Below, piece by piece: positions 11,731 through 24,559 of a stretch of 64,000 nt of DNA. The stretch is from Octopus sinensis (Eukaryota): positions 80,228,001 to 80,292,000 of the forward strand of contig NC_043004.1 in assembly GCF_006345805.1 (NCBI RefSeq), read 5' to 3'. A program made the position numbers and the translations under genes. The notes below the pieces were generated by a model that ran no database searches, had not been told where the DNA came from, and saw only the letters and a list, made by a program, of their open reading frames with translations. How positions within the stretch are numbered: position 1 is the first letter of the stretch; every line of letters starts with the position of its first letter.

Positions 11731-12200
11731 ATAATAACCTATTTTAGCCGCTGAAACTGTTACAGAGATCATCAATCAAATTTACAAAATATGAAATGTT
11801 AAGACCAGAGATTTACAAATCGTAGGAAGTGGGACAAACAGCTTACATAAAAACGCGAATGGTGGGTGTGAAAGACGTTACACAATAAATGCTTAAGTTT
11901 AAAATTAGATGCCCACGTTCTGTGGTTGGTAACATGTTGAATTACTTTATAATTAGCTGGTCTTTTTCTGTGTCTCGGGTTCTCCATTTCCATCTGTTTC
12001 TGTATTTCCCTCTCGGCTGGAGACTTTCAGCGTATTTGATACGCTTCGGTGATCCCTCTCGTTTTGTTGATCCCTCTCTCTTTGTTGAGCTTGCGAATGA
12101 CTGTACTATTTAAATATGAGCCGGGAAGGAATTCTTCTCGCTGGAAATGGGTGGCCATTTGAAAGAGCTGGATCCGACATCGCTGGAGAGAAGGACTTCT

Positions 12201-12609
12201 GGATCTTTTCGGTTTGAACGGCAGTTTTTTCTAGCGGTGTCATATGAAATTGTCACCCATAATTATGACCCTAGTATCGATCTGTTGCATTTCAATTTCT
12301 GTTAGGGTTAGGGTTAGGCTTAGGGGTGGGGGGAAAGGTATCTTTTTTTCTTCACAAACGTAAATAAAAACAATCTGACATATTCATACCGCACAGAATG
12401 TTTTTTTTACCTCAATGGACGTTAGTGATTGGTTGAAATTCCAGAAATTGAAGAAAAAAACAATAAATATCTTACAAACTATAGAATTTTCTCAATAAAG
12501 CCAAGAGAAAAAGATGTTTTATAAACACATTCTACCAGTATACGAAGTTTAAAATTTTCTAGTTACCTAGAAATTATGTTAAAAACTGCCGGTCAAACCG
12601 AGAAGATCC
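12201..12609. mobile_element. 409-bp MITE with 29-bp TIRs, 8-bp TSD and internal TTAGGG repeats (Merlin-like)
   Basis: TIR GGATCTTTTCGGTTTGAACGGCAGTTTTT, 27/29 match between ends; perfect TSD GGACTTCT at 12193-12200 and 12610-12617. Confidence 0.85.
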
Positions 12610-12644
12610 GGACTTCTTTATTCAAACTGAACTACAGCCGCAGG

Positions 12645-13290
<646 letters not shown>

Positions 13291-13505
13291 GTGAAACCAA
13301 TATTCTGCTTAATTTTACTGTCATACGGTATCTTTAATCCCTCATCTAGTATTTGCTTCAGTCATTGGACTGCGACCATACTGGAGCATCACCTTCAGGG
13401 TTTCAGTCGAACAAAGCAAACCCTTACTTAATTTTTGAAAGCCGAATAATTGTTCTGTTGGTTTCTTTTGCCGAACTGCTAAGCTATCGGGTGTAAACAA
13501 ACGGC

Positions 13506-13656
13506 CACTAGCGTGGTGGTGGTTGTAGGGGCGGTCCACCCCGGGCGGCACTTTGGGTCTGTTGTAGGCAATATATGTTTTTTGTGAGGTCCGGGTTGGG
13601 GTGGGGATCAAATGGAAGGGCCACCCCGGGTGGTACACAATCTAGCTACGCAAGTG
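13506..13656. mobile_element. hAT-type MITE nested in a minus-strand SINE B tail (13340-13700)
   Basis: Termini CACTAGCGT.. / ..ACGCAAGTG, internal repeated ccaccccggg, degenerate 8-bp TSD caaacggc/caagcgac. Confidence 0.6.
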
Positions 13657-13812
13657 CAAGCGACCACTGTTTCTTAAGCAACGGTGGGGACAATCACAAA
13701 GGCAAAGACGCACGCAAACACATACACACACACCTACACACACACGCGAACACACACATACACACATACGAACACACACATACACACATACGAACACACA
13801 CACACACACAAC

Positions 13813-13999
13813 AAGCTGTGTGGTATGTAGCTTGCTTACCAACCACATGGTTACGGTTCAATCCCACTGCATGGCACCTTGGGCAAGTGTCTTCTCCTAT
13901 ACTAGAAAACACACGTCCAAGGTGCCGCTTAGAAGGACTGAACCCAAAACCACATGATTGTAAAGGAAGCTTGTTAACCACACTGCTATGCCTACGCCC
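13813..13999. mobile_element. Two SINE B heads fused in inverted orientation
   Basis: Plus head to ..gtgtcttctcctata then minus head ctagaaaacac..ccaaggtgcc..accacatg..accacactgc. Confidence 0.75.
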
Positions 14000-14653
14000 A
14001 TAAAAAAATCCATGATCTTACCTTGTTTTTTCCTACTTCATATTGAAATTATGCTTAGATTACGTGCCGCTTTTACATACTCATTTTTAAGAGATAAGCC
14101 CAGCAGCTTCCTGCAGTAACAGCTTATGGAACGGTGATGCTAACCATTTTTATCTACTTGGAATCTCAATTTTCTATTTACACTCCAGTGTACCTTTTTT
14201 CGCTATCTTGTCATGTCTTCATTCACAAGAACTAAACAGTAAAACATAAATAAATCTCATAGAATTTATCTTCAGAACCCCGAATGCAATAATAAATAAA
14301 TTGCTCTCAACCTTCTAGAAAATTCTATTCAAATATCTTTAATAATTGACGAATTCCTGAAATTCCTTGAAGGCTGTGTTGGTTTTTGTATGTGTATAAA
14401 TACCAATTAAAAAGGAAAAAAACTTGACATGCTGATTTCCCCAGAAGTTTACGCTAAGGGTGGAATACGTAACCACTTAGACTATAATGCAATGAATAGA
14501 TGAATTCCGTTGATAGGAAAACTGGAAAAAGAGGAAGAGAGTTCTCTCGAAATTGACACCAGCATCCTTCCATAGTTTTGTGTCCTTTCTGTACGATACG
14601 ATGAAATCAAATTGTGCATTTGTATTTTGTGTGGTTTTACGTACAGTTATATG

Positions 14654-14720
<67 letters not shown>

Positions 14721-14721
<1 letters not shown>

Positions 14722-14885
14722 GGCGCAGGAGTGGCTGTGTGGTATGTGGCTTGCTTACCAACCACATGGCTACGGTTCAATCCCACTGCATTTCACCTTG
14801 GGCAAGTGTCTTCTCCTATAGCCTCGGGCCGTCAAAGCCTTAAGAGTGGATTTCGTAGACGGAAACTGAAGGAAGACCGTCGTAT
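14721..14885 (+). mobile_element. SINE family B 5' half
   Basis: aggcgcaggagtggctgtgtgg ... caccttgggcaagtgtcttc (CORE/MIR-like ccttgggcaagt) ... ggaaactgaaggaagaccgtcg. Confidence 0.9.
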
Positions 14886-14957
14886 ATATATATATAAATA
14901 TGTGTGTGTGTGTGTGTGTGAGTGTGTGTGTGTGTAGATAGAATAAGTACTAGGCTG

Positions 14958-14997
<40 letters not shown>

Positions 14998-15045
14998 CCT
15001 ATACATACATACATACATATATATTTATTATCATCATCATCATCA

Positions 15046-15080
<35 letters not shown>

Positions 15081-15409
15081 GTTGTTGTTGTTATTATTAT
15101 TATTGATATTGTTATTATTATCAAGGATAAAATCTACATTGGATTTTATCAGGTAGCACGCATGTAAAACTTTTTTGGTATAAATTAATACAGAGCATAT
15201 AATTTTTTAATAAAGATTATAATAATGACAAACTATATGGTAGTGGTACATGCTGGAAGGAGATGTCAAATGACTCTAAAACAACCTTAATTAAATATCA
15301 AATATTAAATATTTAAATAAGGTAGTTTTAGAATAATTTGACATCTAGCATGCGATACAACCATGTAGTTTATCCTTATTATAATTTATATATATATATA
15401 TATATCAAA

Positions 15410-15617
15410 ATGTGACCGCGTGTGTACCGTTGGCGATTTCTTTTTCTTCCGTCTTCCCTTCTCTGGATCTTTCCTTTTCGTATGTTTCTGACGAAGAGCT
15501 CCGCTCGAAACGTTAAACCCTCCTTCTTCCCTTCCTTCCTGAGCGTCCAATAATACTATATTTGTTCCACGTCCTCGCGTTGTTGTGTTTTCTCTTTGTG
15601 TTTTTATGTTTGGATTA

Positions 15618-15625
<8 letters not shown>
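15410..15625 (+). mobile_element. Penelope-like terminal repeat carrying a hammerhead motif
   Basis: Related to the 15660-15850 family (shared gagc..gctcgaaacgt and ttcctgagcgt..taatac); sits in (TA)n. Confidence 0.55.
15480..15556 (+). ncRNA. Putative type I hammerhead ribozyme
   Basis: CTGACGA 15488-15494, stem II GAGC/GCTC, GAAAC 15507-15511, stem III ACGTT/GAGCGT, GTC 15545-15547, stem I GTATGTT/AAT(A)ATAC. Confidence 0.55.
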
Positions 15626-15654
<29 letters not shown>

Positions 15655-15659
15655 CATAT

Positions 15660-15850
15660 ATAGGGAGAGTTTACGAAAAAAAAAAGACGAAGACAGGTGT
15701 GGTGTACAAAACAAACAGATGTATTAGTATAACGCTCAGGAATAGAAAAAGTATTTTACGTTTCGAGCCTACGCTTTTCTACAGAAAGGGACACAGAAAA
15801 AAACAAGGAGAGAAAAATGTGTGTAGTGGCTAACGATCTATCATGGTGAC
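15660..15850 (-). mobile_element. Penelope-like terminal repeat (family also at 19690-19860, 34410-34570, 48281-48400)
   Basis: Near-identical ~190-bp repeat with ctgtagaa.agcgtaggctcgaaacgt..ttcctgagcgttatactaatacatctg. Confidence 0.65.
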
Positions 15851-15896
15851 GTATATATATTATATATATTATATATATAAGAGAGAGAGAGATGAT

Positions 15897-15939
<43 letters not shown>

Positions 15940-16145
15940 GAGAGACGAGGGAGAGAGGAGGGTGAGAGAGAGAGAGAAGAGAGAGGTGGATGGGAGGAGG
16001 ATAGAACCAATATAATACAATTTTACTCCATCTGATTGTGAAATATAAGGAAACGCCTTGACGGAAATCGAAACCGTAATGAGAACTTAATCTCTTACTC
16101 GCCACTGTCATAGCAGAAATTACGTTTCGTATTTCGAACACTTAC

Positions 16146-16267
16146 AACAGTTGAACAGATAACGTATTTGACGCTATAGTTCTGGGACAGAACTCGACAG
16201 GTTTCTAGAAATCTGCTTGTCAAAGGTTCCAGATCGTTGTCAACTTGCAACAATCTTTGGAGCTCTT
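16146..16267 (-). CDS. Candidate internal coding exon, product unknown
   Basis: AAG acceptor, GTAAGT donor, one open frame ELQRLLQVDNDLEPLTSRFLETCRVLSQNYSVKYVICSTV in unique DNA; no family recognised. Confidence 0.35.
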
Positions 16268-16933
16268 CTTATTCAACCAAAATATATAGCATGCCTTTAC
16301 TACATGATAAGACATTATCGAAATTTATCTTAATAAGCAGATAAACATTACCCATGATAGTAAGATGCTGCGGCGTTGGAAATTGCATCTCTTACATTCA
16401 GAGAAATACGGGAAAGAATTTTCTAATGCCGTGACTTCACAGCACATAGTTCGCATAGGGAATTCCCCTTGAACCAAATAGCTACTTTATAGCTTTCTCT
16501 CATTAATAATTCGGTTGTGTAAACGTCGGCCTCTACATGCGAATGAAACAGTTATGTATGTACGTGGCTAGGAGATAGTATAGCGACATGTCTGACTGTT
16601 ACAGTGACACTGAAAGAATTAATAAAGAATCATATTAGCTCATTTGTCCATTATCTAACTTGAGCTTAAATCGATAAAGAGATAAGTAAAAATACATTAA
16701 TACGCACGCACACGAAGTTTGCAATATAATATCTCAGTGACAGACAAGGTAAAGATGGCGCCCATCGTTTAATGTTTTATGGTATCGTTGCCTTGGCGTC
16801 TTAGATTTCTAACCGTACAGCACGCCACTGTTGATTTCTGTCTTTCATTTCTTCTGAATCGATGCGTATCAATACGTATTTTACATTGGAAATTATACGA
16901 AAGTACATGCACGCACTCAGGCACGCACGCACG

Positions 16934-17006
<73 letters not shown>

Positions 17007-17239
17007 TTATATTTATCTTATACACATACCACAAAGGTCACTGACGCAACAATTTTGAATATATATATGTTGATACATTTACATGCATATACATATATAA
17101 ATACTCATAGATATACATACATACATACATACGTACAACATACGAACATACATACTATATATATATATATATATATATACATATGTCATATATAATATAT
17201 ATTATGTATATGTTTATATATATATATATATACACATAA

Positions 17240-17790
17240 AGAGGCACAGATATGACTGTGTGGTGAGACGCTTGCTTCTCAAACACTACACGGTTTCGGG
17301 TTCAGTCCCACTGTGTGGCACCTTGGGTAAGTGTCTTGTACTATAGTCTCGAGCTTACACAAGCTTTGTGAGTGAATTTGGAATGTGGAAACTGAAAGAA
17401 GCCCTTCATGTATAAAGATATAAATATACATTATATGTAAAACTTACTTATATACATATACATGTATGCACGTATACGTATGTATATATGCATACATACA
17501 TATGTGTGTGTGTGTGTACGTACTCGTATGTATGCATGTATGTATGCATATATGTATGTATCTGTGTGTGTATGCGTGTCTTTGTGTATGCTTTGTCACT
17601 CAACAGCGCTGGCCAACCGGTCTTGGTTTGCTTACATTCCCGTATGTTAACGGTTTGGCAAAAGAAATCGATAAAATAAGTACCAGGCTTTAAAAAAATG
17701 TGCCCTGGGGTCGATTTGTTCAACTATAACTCTTGAAGGTGGTGCCCCAGCATGACCTCAGTCAAATGACTGAAACACGTTAAAGAAAAA
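17240..17790 (+). mobile_element. SINE family B split by an expanded internal microsatellite
   Basis: 5' half 17240-17410, (TATG/TG)n, tail 17570-17790 ending cagcatgacctcagtcaaatgactgaaac. Confidence 0.75.
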
Positions 17791-17974
17791 ATAGTAGGAG
17801 ATAACGTAAGCCTTTTTGATAAAACATTCATCATGGACGATGAGAGTAAAACGAAACACAGCAGAACAATACAAGTATGCAATAGGTCAGACACAGACAG
17901 GAAAACATCCGATGGGCCTTCTTGAAATCCCTGTCACACTCCCTAAAGACCACCACAGTTTTTATTTGCTTCTT

Positions 17975-18538
17975 TGTTGCACACAGGGGGCTAAACACAG
18001 AGGTGACAAACAGGGGAATTAAGTCGATAACGTTGACTCCAATGCGTAACTGGTACTTATTTAATCGAACCAGAAAGGATGAAAGGCAAAGTCGACCTCG
18101 GCGGAATTTGAACTCAGAACGTAGCGGCAGACGAAATACCTATTTCTTTACTACCCACAAGGGGCTGAACACAGAGAGGAGAAACAAGGACAGACAAACG
18201 GATTAAGCCGATTATATCGACCCCAGTGCGTAACTGGTACTTAATTTATCGACCCCGAAAGGATGAAAGGCAAAGTCGACCTCGGCGAAATTTGAACTCA
18301 GAACATAACGGCAGACTAAATACCTATTTCTTTACTACCCACAGGGGGCTAAACACAGAGGAGAAACAAGGACAGACATAGGTATTAAGTCGATTATATC
18401 GAACACAGTGCGTAACTGGTACTTAATTTATCGATCCCGAAAGGATGAAAGGCAAACTCGACCTCGGCGGAATTTGAACTCAGAACATAATACCGCAAAG
18501 CATTTCGCCCGGTTTGCTAACGTTTCTGCCAGCTCGTC
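17975..18538 (-). mobile_element. SINE family A head-to-tail trimer (~182-bp unit)
   Basis: Junction gaaatacct|atttctttactaccc at ~18140 and ~18325; only the 5'-most unit has the full head. Confidence 0.9.
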
Positions 18539-18593
18539 ATGTGATGGTAGTCTCTCGTAGACGGTTCTGCACCCTGCACAAATGATTTATTTC

Positions 18594-18678
18594 TGTTGTG
18601 ACGAGTGTCATTGACCCCCCCCCCCCTGGCGGATTGGAGAATGGACGAGCCGGGGTGTCAATGACTCTCGCCACAACA
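18594..18678. mobile_element. 85-bp TGT..ACA foldback element
   Basis: 22-bp TIR with 20/22 match; flanks atttc/gtttc (possible 5-bp TSD). Confidence 0.55.
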
Positions 18679-18942
18679 GTTTCTAATGATCAAATGTACG
18701 TGCCGTATATTTAGCTCACTCCTTCCGCCAATTCGACATTGCCTTAATAGGTGCACAGCGTATGCCACACATCAGATGTCGAAGTGTTCGGGGAACAACC
18801 TGGATAATAACATGGGAAGTGTTTTGCCCAAGATCTCAATGCACTGCTCGGTCTAGGAATTGAAACCACGATTCTAACCACTGAGACATGCACCCTCATA
18901 ACACCATCTTCTAATATACTTATAATACACTTCAACACATGA

Positions 18943-19335
18943 TCGGAGTGGCTGTGTGGTAAGTAGCTTGCTTACGAACCACATGGTTCCGGGTTCAGTC
19001 CCACTGCATGGCACCTTGGGCAAGAGTCTTCTACTATAGCCTCGGGCCGACCAAACCTTGTGAGTGGATTTGGTAGACGGAAACTGAAAGAAGCACGTCG
19101 TATATATGTATGTGTGTGTATATATGTTTGTGTGTCTGTGTTTGTCTCCCCAACATCGCTTGACAACCGACGCTGGTGTGTTTACGTCCCCGTAACTTAG
19201 CGGTTCGGCAGAAGAGACCGATATAATAAATACTAGGCTTACAAAGAATAAGTGCTGGGGTCGATTTGCCCGATTAAAGGCGGTGCTCCAGCATGGTCAC
19301 AGTCAAATGACTGAAACAAGTAAAAGAGTAAAAGA
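18943..19335 (+). mobile_element. Full-length SINE family B
   Basis: Head, CORE-like domain, internal (TA/TG)n, tail ccaacatcgcttgacaaccgacgctgg..gtcaaatgactgaaacaagtaaaaga. Confidence 0.9.
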
Positions 19336-19522
19336 GAGAATACTTTCAACTCACATTATCTCTTTCCGCAGCAGTTTGAGCTAAACTTGTCTCCCTACAC
19401 AATAACACAGACAGCTCAAGCCACTCACATCATATGTGTTTACACACCACATCACTTCACCAGATTTCTGTCTTCGTTTTTCTCAGTAAGATAGACACAT
19501 TTTTATACATTAATCAACAAGG

Positions 19523-19607
<85 letters not shown>

Positions 19608-19627
19608 GTCTGTCTGTCTACTATCTA

Positions 19628-19689
<62 letters not shown>

Positions 19690-19690
<1 letters not shown>

Positions 19691-19860
19691 GGGAGAGTTT
19701 ACAAAAAACAAAAGACGAAGACAGGTGGTGTACAAAAAAAAAAAGAACAAATGTATTAGTATAACGCTCAGGAATAGAAAAGTCTTTTACGTTTCGAGCC
19801 TACGCTCTTCTACAGAAAGGGACAAAAAACAAGGGGAGAAACATGGAGCTATCTACCAAT
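19690..19860 (-). mobile_element. Penelope-like terminal repeat copy
   Basis: Matches 15660-15850; truncated by the gap. Confidence 0.65.
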
Positions 19861-19862
19861 CT

Positions 19863-19962
19863 NNNNNNNNNNNNNNNNNNNNNNNNNNNNNNNNNNNNNN
19901 NNNNNNNNNNNNNNNNNNNNNNNNNNNNNNNNNNNNNNNNNNNNNNNNNNNNNNNNNNNNNN
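19863..19962. other. Assembly gap (100 N)
   Basis: Run of exactly 100 N. Confidence 0.99.
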
Positions 19963-20987
19963 TGTGCGTGTGTGAGTGTGTGGTGTGTATATAGCGTGTA
20001 TTTTGTGTTTTGTTGTGTGAGTAAGTCTGTGTGTGCGTGTGTGAGTGAGTGTTAGTGTGTGTGCGTATATGTGCGTGTGTGAGTGTGTGTGGTATGTATG
20101 TCTGTGAGTAAGTCTGTGTGTGCGTGTGTGACTGTGTGTGCGCGTGTGTGCGTGCATGTGTGAGTATATGCGTGTGTGCGTATGTGAGTGTGCGCATGTG
20201 AGTGTGTACATGTGTGTGTATATGTGCGTGTGTTTGTACGTGTGTGTGCGTGTGTGTGATTGTGCGTGTGTGCATATGTGCGTGTGTGTGTATGTACATT
20301 TGTGAGTGTCTGCGTGTGTGAGTGTCTGTGTGTGTGTGCGTGTGTGTGTTTAAGCGTGTACGTGTGTGTGAGTGTGTGTGTGCGTACGCGCGCATATCTA
20401 CATACATACATACATTTACTTGTACACATGAGAGATCATATAAATGCAAAACTAGTACTCAATTCCCGATGTTGTCTACAAGGCCCGAAAAATGGTCAGG
20501 AACGGAATAGTCGATTACATCGACACCCCAGTGCACGACTGGAACTTATTTTATCCATCTCGAAAAGATGCAACGAAAAGCTGACCTCGATGGGGATCGA
20601 ACTACAAACGTTATAGTGAAATGGATGTAAGTAAGTCAACTCGTCTACTTTGGTGCTAGCTGAATGTTTGACTGATTCGTATACAGCTTCTCTGTGTTAT
20701 TGATTAGGGAAGGAAATCCGAAACGTCTTTTCTGAAGAGCGGTCAACAAGCCATGAAACGGTCTGTCAGGAGACTTCCTATATTTTTACAGTCCATCAAC
20801 AGCAAAGAATGAATGCGTTCACATTGTTATTCTTAGTCTTTAGTCACAGTATGGCTTCATATATTTAAATTTAAATACGCACACACATGTGTATGTGTGT
20901 ATATACATATATATCTATGTATATACATATGTATCTATGTATATACATATATGCATGCATACATACATGCGTACGTACGTACATACG

Positions 20988-21021
<34 letters not shown>

Positions 21022-21553
21022 CATACATACATGAATGCATACATACATACATACACACACGCACGCACATGCAAACACACATACATGGACACAAGTAATA
21101 CATAAGCGTGTGTCTCTACGTGAAGGTATGTAATTAGTAGGTGAGTTGAAGCCTAACAAGTATAATAACGGTCGCTTAAAGACTCAGAGTTCTGCGACTA
21201 TAACCAATATTTACTGAGATATTGAAGTAGAATACACACAACAACAACATAATTACACACACACACATACATACATACACAAGTCCACCGTGTGAAGTTG
21301 TCTCACCCTATCGATGTGAGTGCGACAAGGTGTGTTGGAGTGTGTGCTTGTTTAAAGTACATATGCACGTACGTATGTATGTTCAACATCACAAAATTGG
21401 ATGTTTTAAAGACCTACAAGAAAAACATATATATAATATATATACATACATATAGTGTATATTATATATATATATATATTATATATATATATTATTATAT
21501 ATATATATATATACGTATGTATGTAGGTAGGTAGGGAGTTAGGTATATATATA

Positions 21554-21596
<43 letters not shown>

Positions 21597-21653
21597 CTAT
21601 TATATTATATATGTATATATATATATATATGTATATATATAATATATATATGT

Positions 21654-21694
<41 letters not shown>

Positions 21695-22110
21695 CAAACG
21701 TATATATGTATCTATATACACATATATATATATACATATATACATACATATATATATATATATACACACATACATACGTACGCACGTACATACATGCATG
21801 CATCCATCCATACATACATAGATACATACATACATACATACTACATACATATATGCATGCATACACACATACGTACGCGCATAATACATACACACTAAAT
21901 ACATATATGCATACATACATGCGTACGTATATACATACATCCATGCATACATACATACATACATACATCATACACACATACAAACATACATACATACATA
22001 CATACATACATACATACATACATACATACATGCATGCATACATACATACATACATACATACATACATACATACATACATACATACATACATACATACAAA
22101 TATATATATA
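19963..22110. repeat. Microsatellite-dominated block (TG)n, (TACA)n, (TA)n with a SINE A fragment (20465-20610)
   Basis: Direct inspection. Confidence 0.9.
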
Positions 22111-22630
22111 TATTTCTTTTTAACTTGGGAAAGAGGATAAATACCGAAAAACATATTTACAACAGAAAAAAAAGAAGAAATATGAAAAAAAAAATAATAA
22201 AGATTATCATTGTAAGAATCAATCAGAAAATAGTAAAAAGAAAATATTTTACAATAAAAGTACAATTTTTCTTTTCATATCTTTTGTAAGATCAGTTGAA
22301 AGAGTAAAGAAGATGTACAAGAGACTAACCAAAGTGGGTTGCAATTTCTGGTTAAGTCTGTAAGAAATGGACGAAGTAAAAAGAGATAAGACATCACAAC
22401 AATGGCGAGTATATTTGATGAGATTAACATCGATATTTTTATCATGCAATTAATAAAAACGAATAACTTAATCAAAAATACAGTCTATAATGTACAAAGA
22501 TGCTAGTGTAACAACACAAAACGGAATAATACAATATAAAACAGACCAGAACAAAATGGAACAATCGAAATGGCTTGAGGAATTTCAAAGAGATAATTTA
22601 GATTTAGCGAGAGTTGTTGTTATATACGTT

Positions 22631-23060
22631 CTTATAAGTGGATCGGTCTGAGGCGGCGAGCTGGCAGAAACGTTAGCACGCCGGGCGAAATGCGTAGCTG
22701 TATTTCGTCTGCCGCTACGTTCTGAGTTCAAATTTCGCCGAGGTTGACTTTGCCTTTCATCCCTTTCGGGATCGATAAATTAAGTACCAGTTACGCACTG
22801 GAGTCGATGTAATCGACTTAATCCGTTTGTCTGTCCTTGTTTGTCCCCTCTGTGTTTAGCCCCGTGTGGGTAGTAAAGAAATTGGTATTTCGTCTGCCGC
22901 TACGTTCTGAGTTCAAATTCCGCCGAGGTCGACTTTGCCTTTCATCCTTTCGGGGTCGATTAAATAAGTACCAGTTACGCACTGGGGGTCGATATAATCG
23001 ACTTAATCCATTTGTCTGTCCTTGTTTGTCTCATCTGTGTTTAGCTCCTTGTGGGTAGTA
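22631..23060 (+). mobile_element. SINE family A dimer
   Basis: Junction gtagtaaagaaat|tggtatttcgtctg at ~22882. Confidence 0.9.
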
Positions 23061-23628
23061 CAGTAATATGTATATATATAACATCGTGACCATTCGTCCA
23101 GCCGTTTCACCGTGAAGAAGGCACAGACAAACTGATGGACATTATATTTCGACCGTCTTCAAGTTCTGAGTTGAAATTCCGCCGAGGTCGCTAAAATTAG
23201 TACCAGTTGAAGACCGAGGTTGATGTAACCGACTGCCCCACTCCCTTAAAATTGCAGGCCATGTACCAAAATTTGAAACAAAACTGGATCGGTTTAGATG
23301 ATATGAAATGCCATGTCGTACCATGGGACTTCAATTACTTGATGGAGTTGTTGGAGACAACATTGAACAGTGACGGCATGTTTGGGGCGTTTTAGACCTC
23401 GTGGCGTCCATCCTTCTCCAGATCCAGTCACAGACAATTTCTTTCGGAAATGGAAAAAACTGGCAAAACTACGTGTGTTCGGTCTCACTCCAAAGGCATG
23501 GCCCCTTGGGCTTCTACAATAGTTCTGGACCGACCGACGCCCTGTAACTGGATTTGGTAGACTGAAACCGAAAGACGCCTGCTGTGTATGCATGCGCGCA
23601 GCGCGAGCGTTTGTGTGTGTGTGTGTGT

Positions 23629-23672
<44 letters not shown>

Positions 23673-23695
23673 GTGCGTGTGTGTGTGTGTGTGCG

Positions 23696-23727
<32 letters not shown>

Positions 23728-24164
23728 CGTGTGTGCGTGTGTGTGTGTGCGTATGTGCGTGTGTATGTGTGTATACATTTGTGTTTGGGCATTTCCGCCA
23801 CTTCACAAACGACGTTGGTTTGTTTATGTCCTCGTGTCTTCACTGTTCGGCAAGAAGACAAAAGAACAAGTATCAAACTTAAAACGCACACACACACACA
23901 CGCACACACATACGCACACACATTTGTATAAAAAGACACACAGATGCGGGCGCGCACAAACGCATAGATGCGCACATACAGGCATATATATACATATGCA
24001 CATACACATACAACACACACACACACACCACAAACACATACGCGCACACGCACGCGCACATATATATGTACATACACACATACACACACAAGGTGGTTGC
24101 TCCAGCATGGTCGCAGTCCAATGACTGAAACCAGTACAGGTGTATTCATTTATTTGTTTATTCA

Positions 24165-24510
24165 ACAGGCGCAGGCGTGGCTGTGTGGTAAGAAGTTTGC
24201 TTTCCTAACCTCATGGTTTCGGGTTCAGTCTCAATGTGCAGCACCTTGGGCAAGTGTCTTTTGCCCTAGCTTCGGACCCAGTAAAGCCATGTGAGTGAAT
24301 TTGTTACACGGAAACTGAAAGAAGCCTGTCATATATATGTGTGTGTGTGCGTGTCTGTCAGCCGGTGTTAGTGTGATTACTTCCCCGTAACTTAGCGATT
24401 CGGCAAAAGAGAGTGTAGGATAAATACCAGGCTTTAAAAAAAACAATTTCAAGGCAGTGCTCCAGCATGGTCACAGCCTAATGGCTGAAACAAGTGAAAG
24501 ATAAAATATT
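24165..24510 (+). mobile_element. SINE family B copy
   Basis: caggcgcaggcgtggctgtgtggtaagaag ... gctccagcatggtcacag. Confidence 0.85.
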
Positions 24511-24559
24511 CTCATTCCATACAACATTCGGATCATTCTACACTGTTACTTAGCCAAGG

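Noticed and set aside
12302-12325. Chromosome end or fusion scar
   Set aside because: Only four TTAGGG-like units, inside a TIR/TSD-bounded MITE
19863-19962. Continuity across the N run
   Set aside because: Placeholder gap of unknown size; distances across it are unreliable
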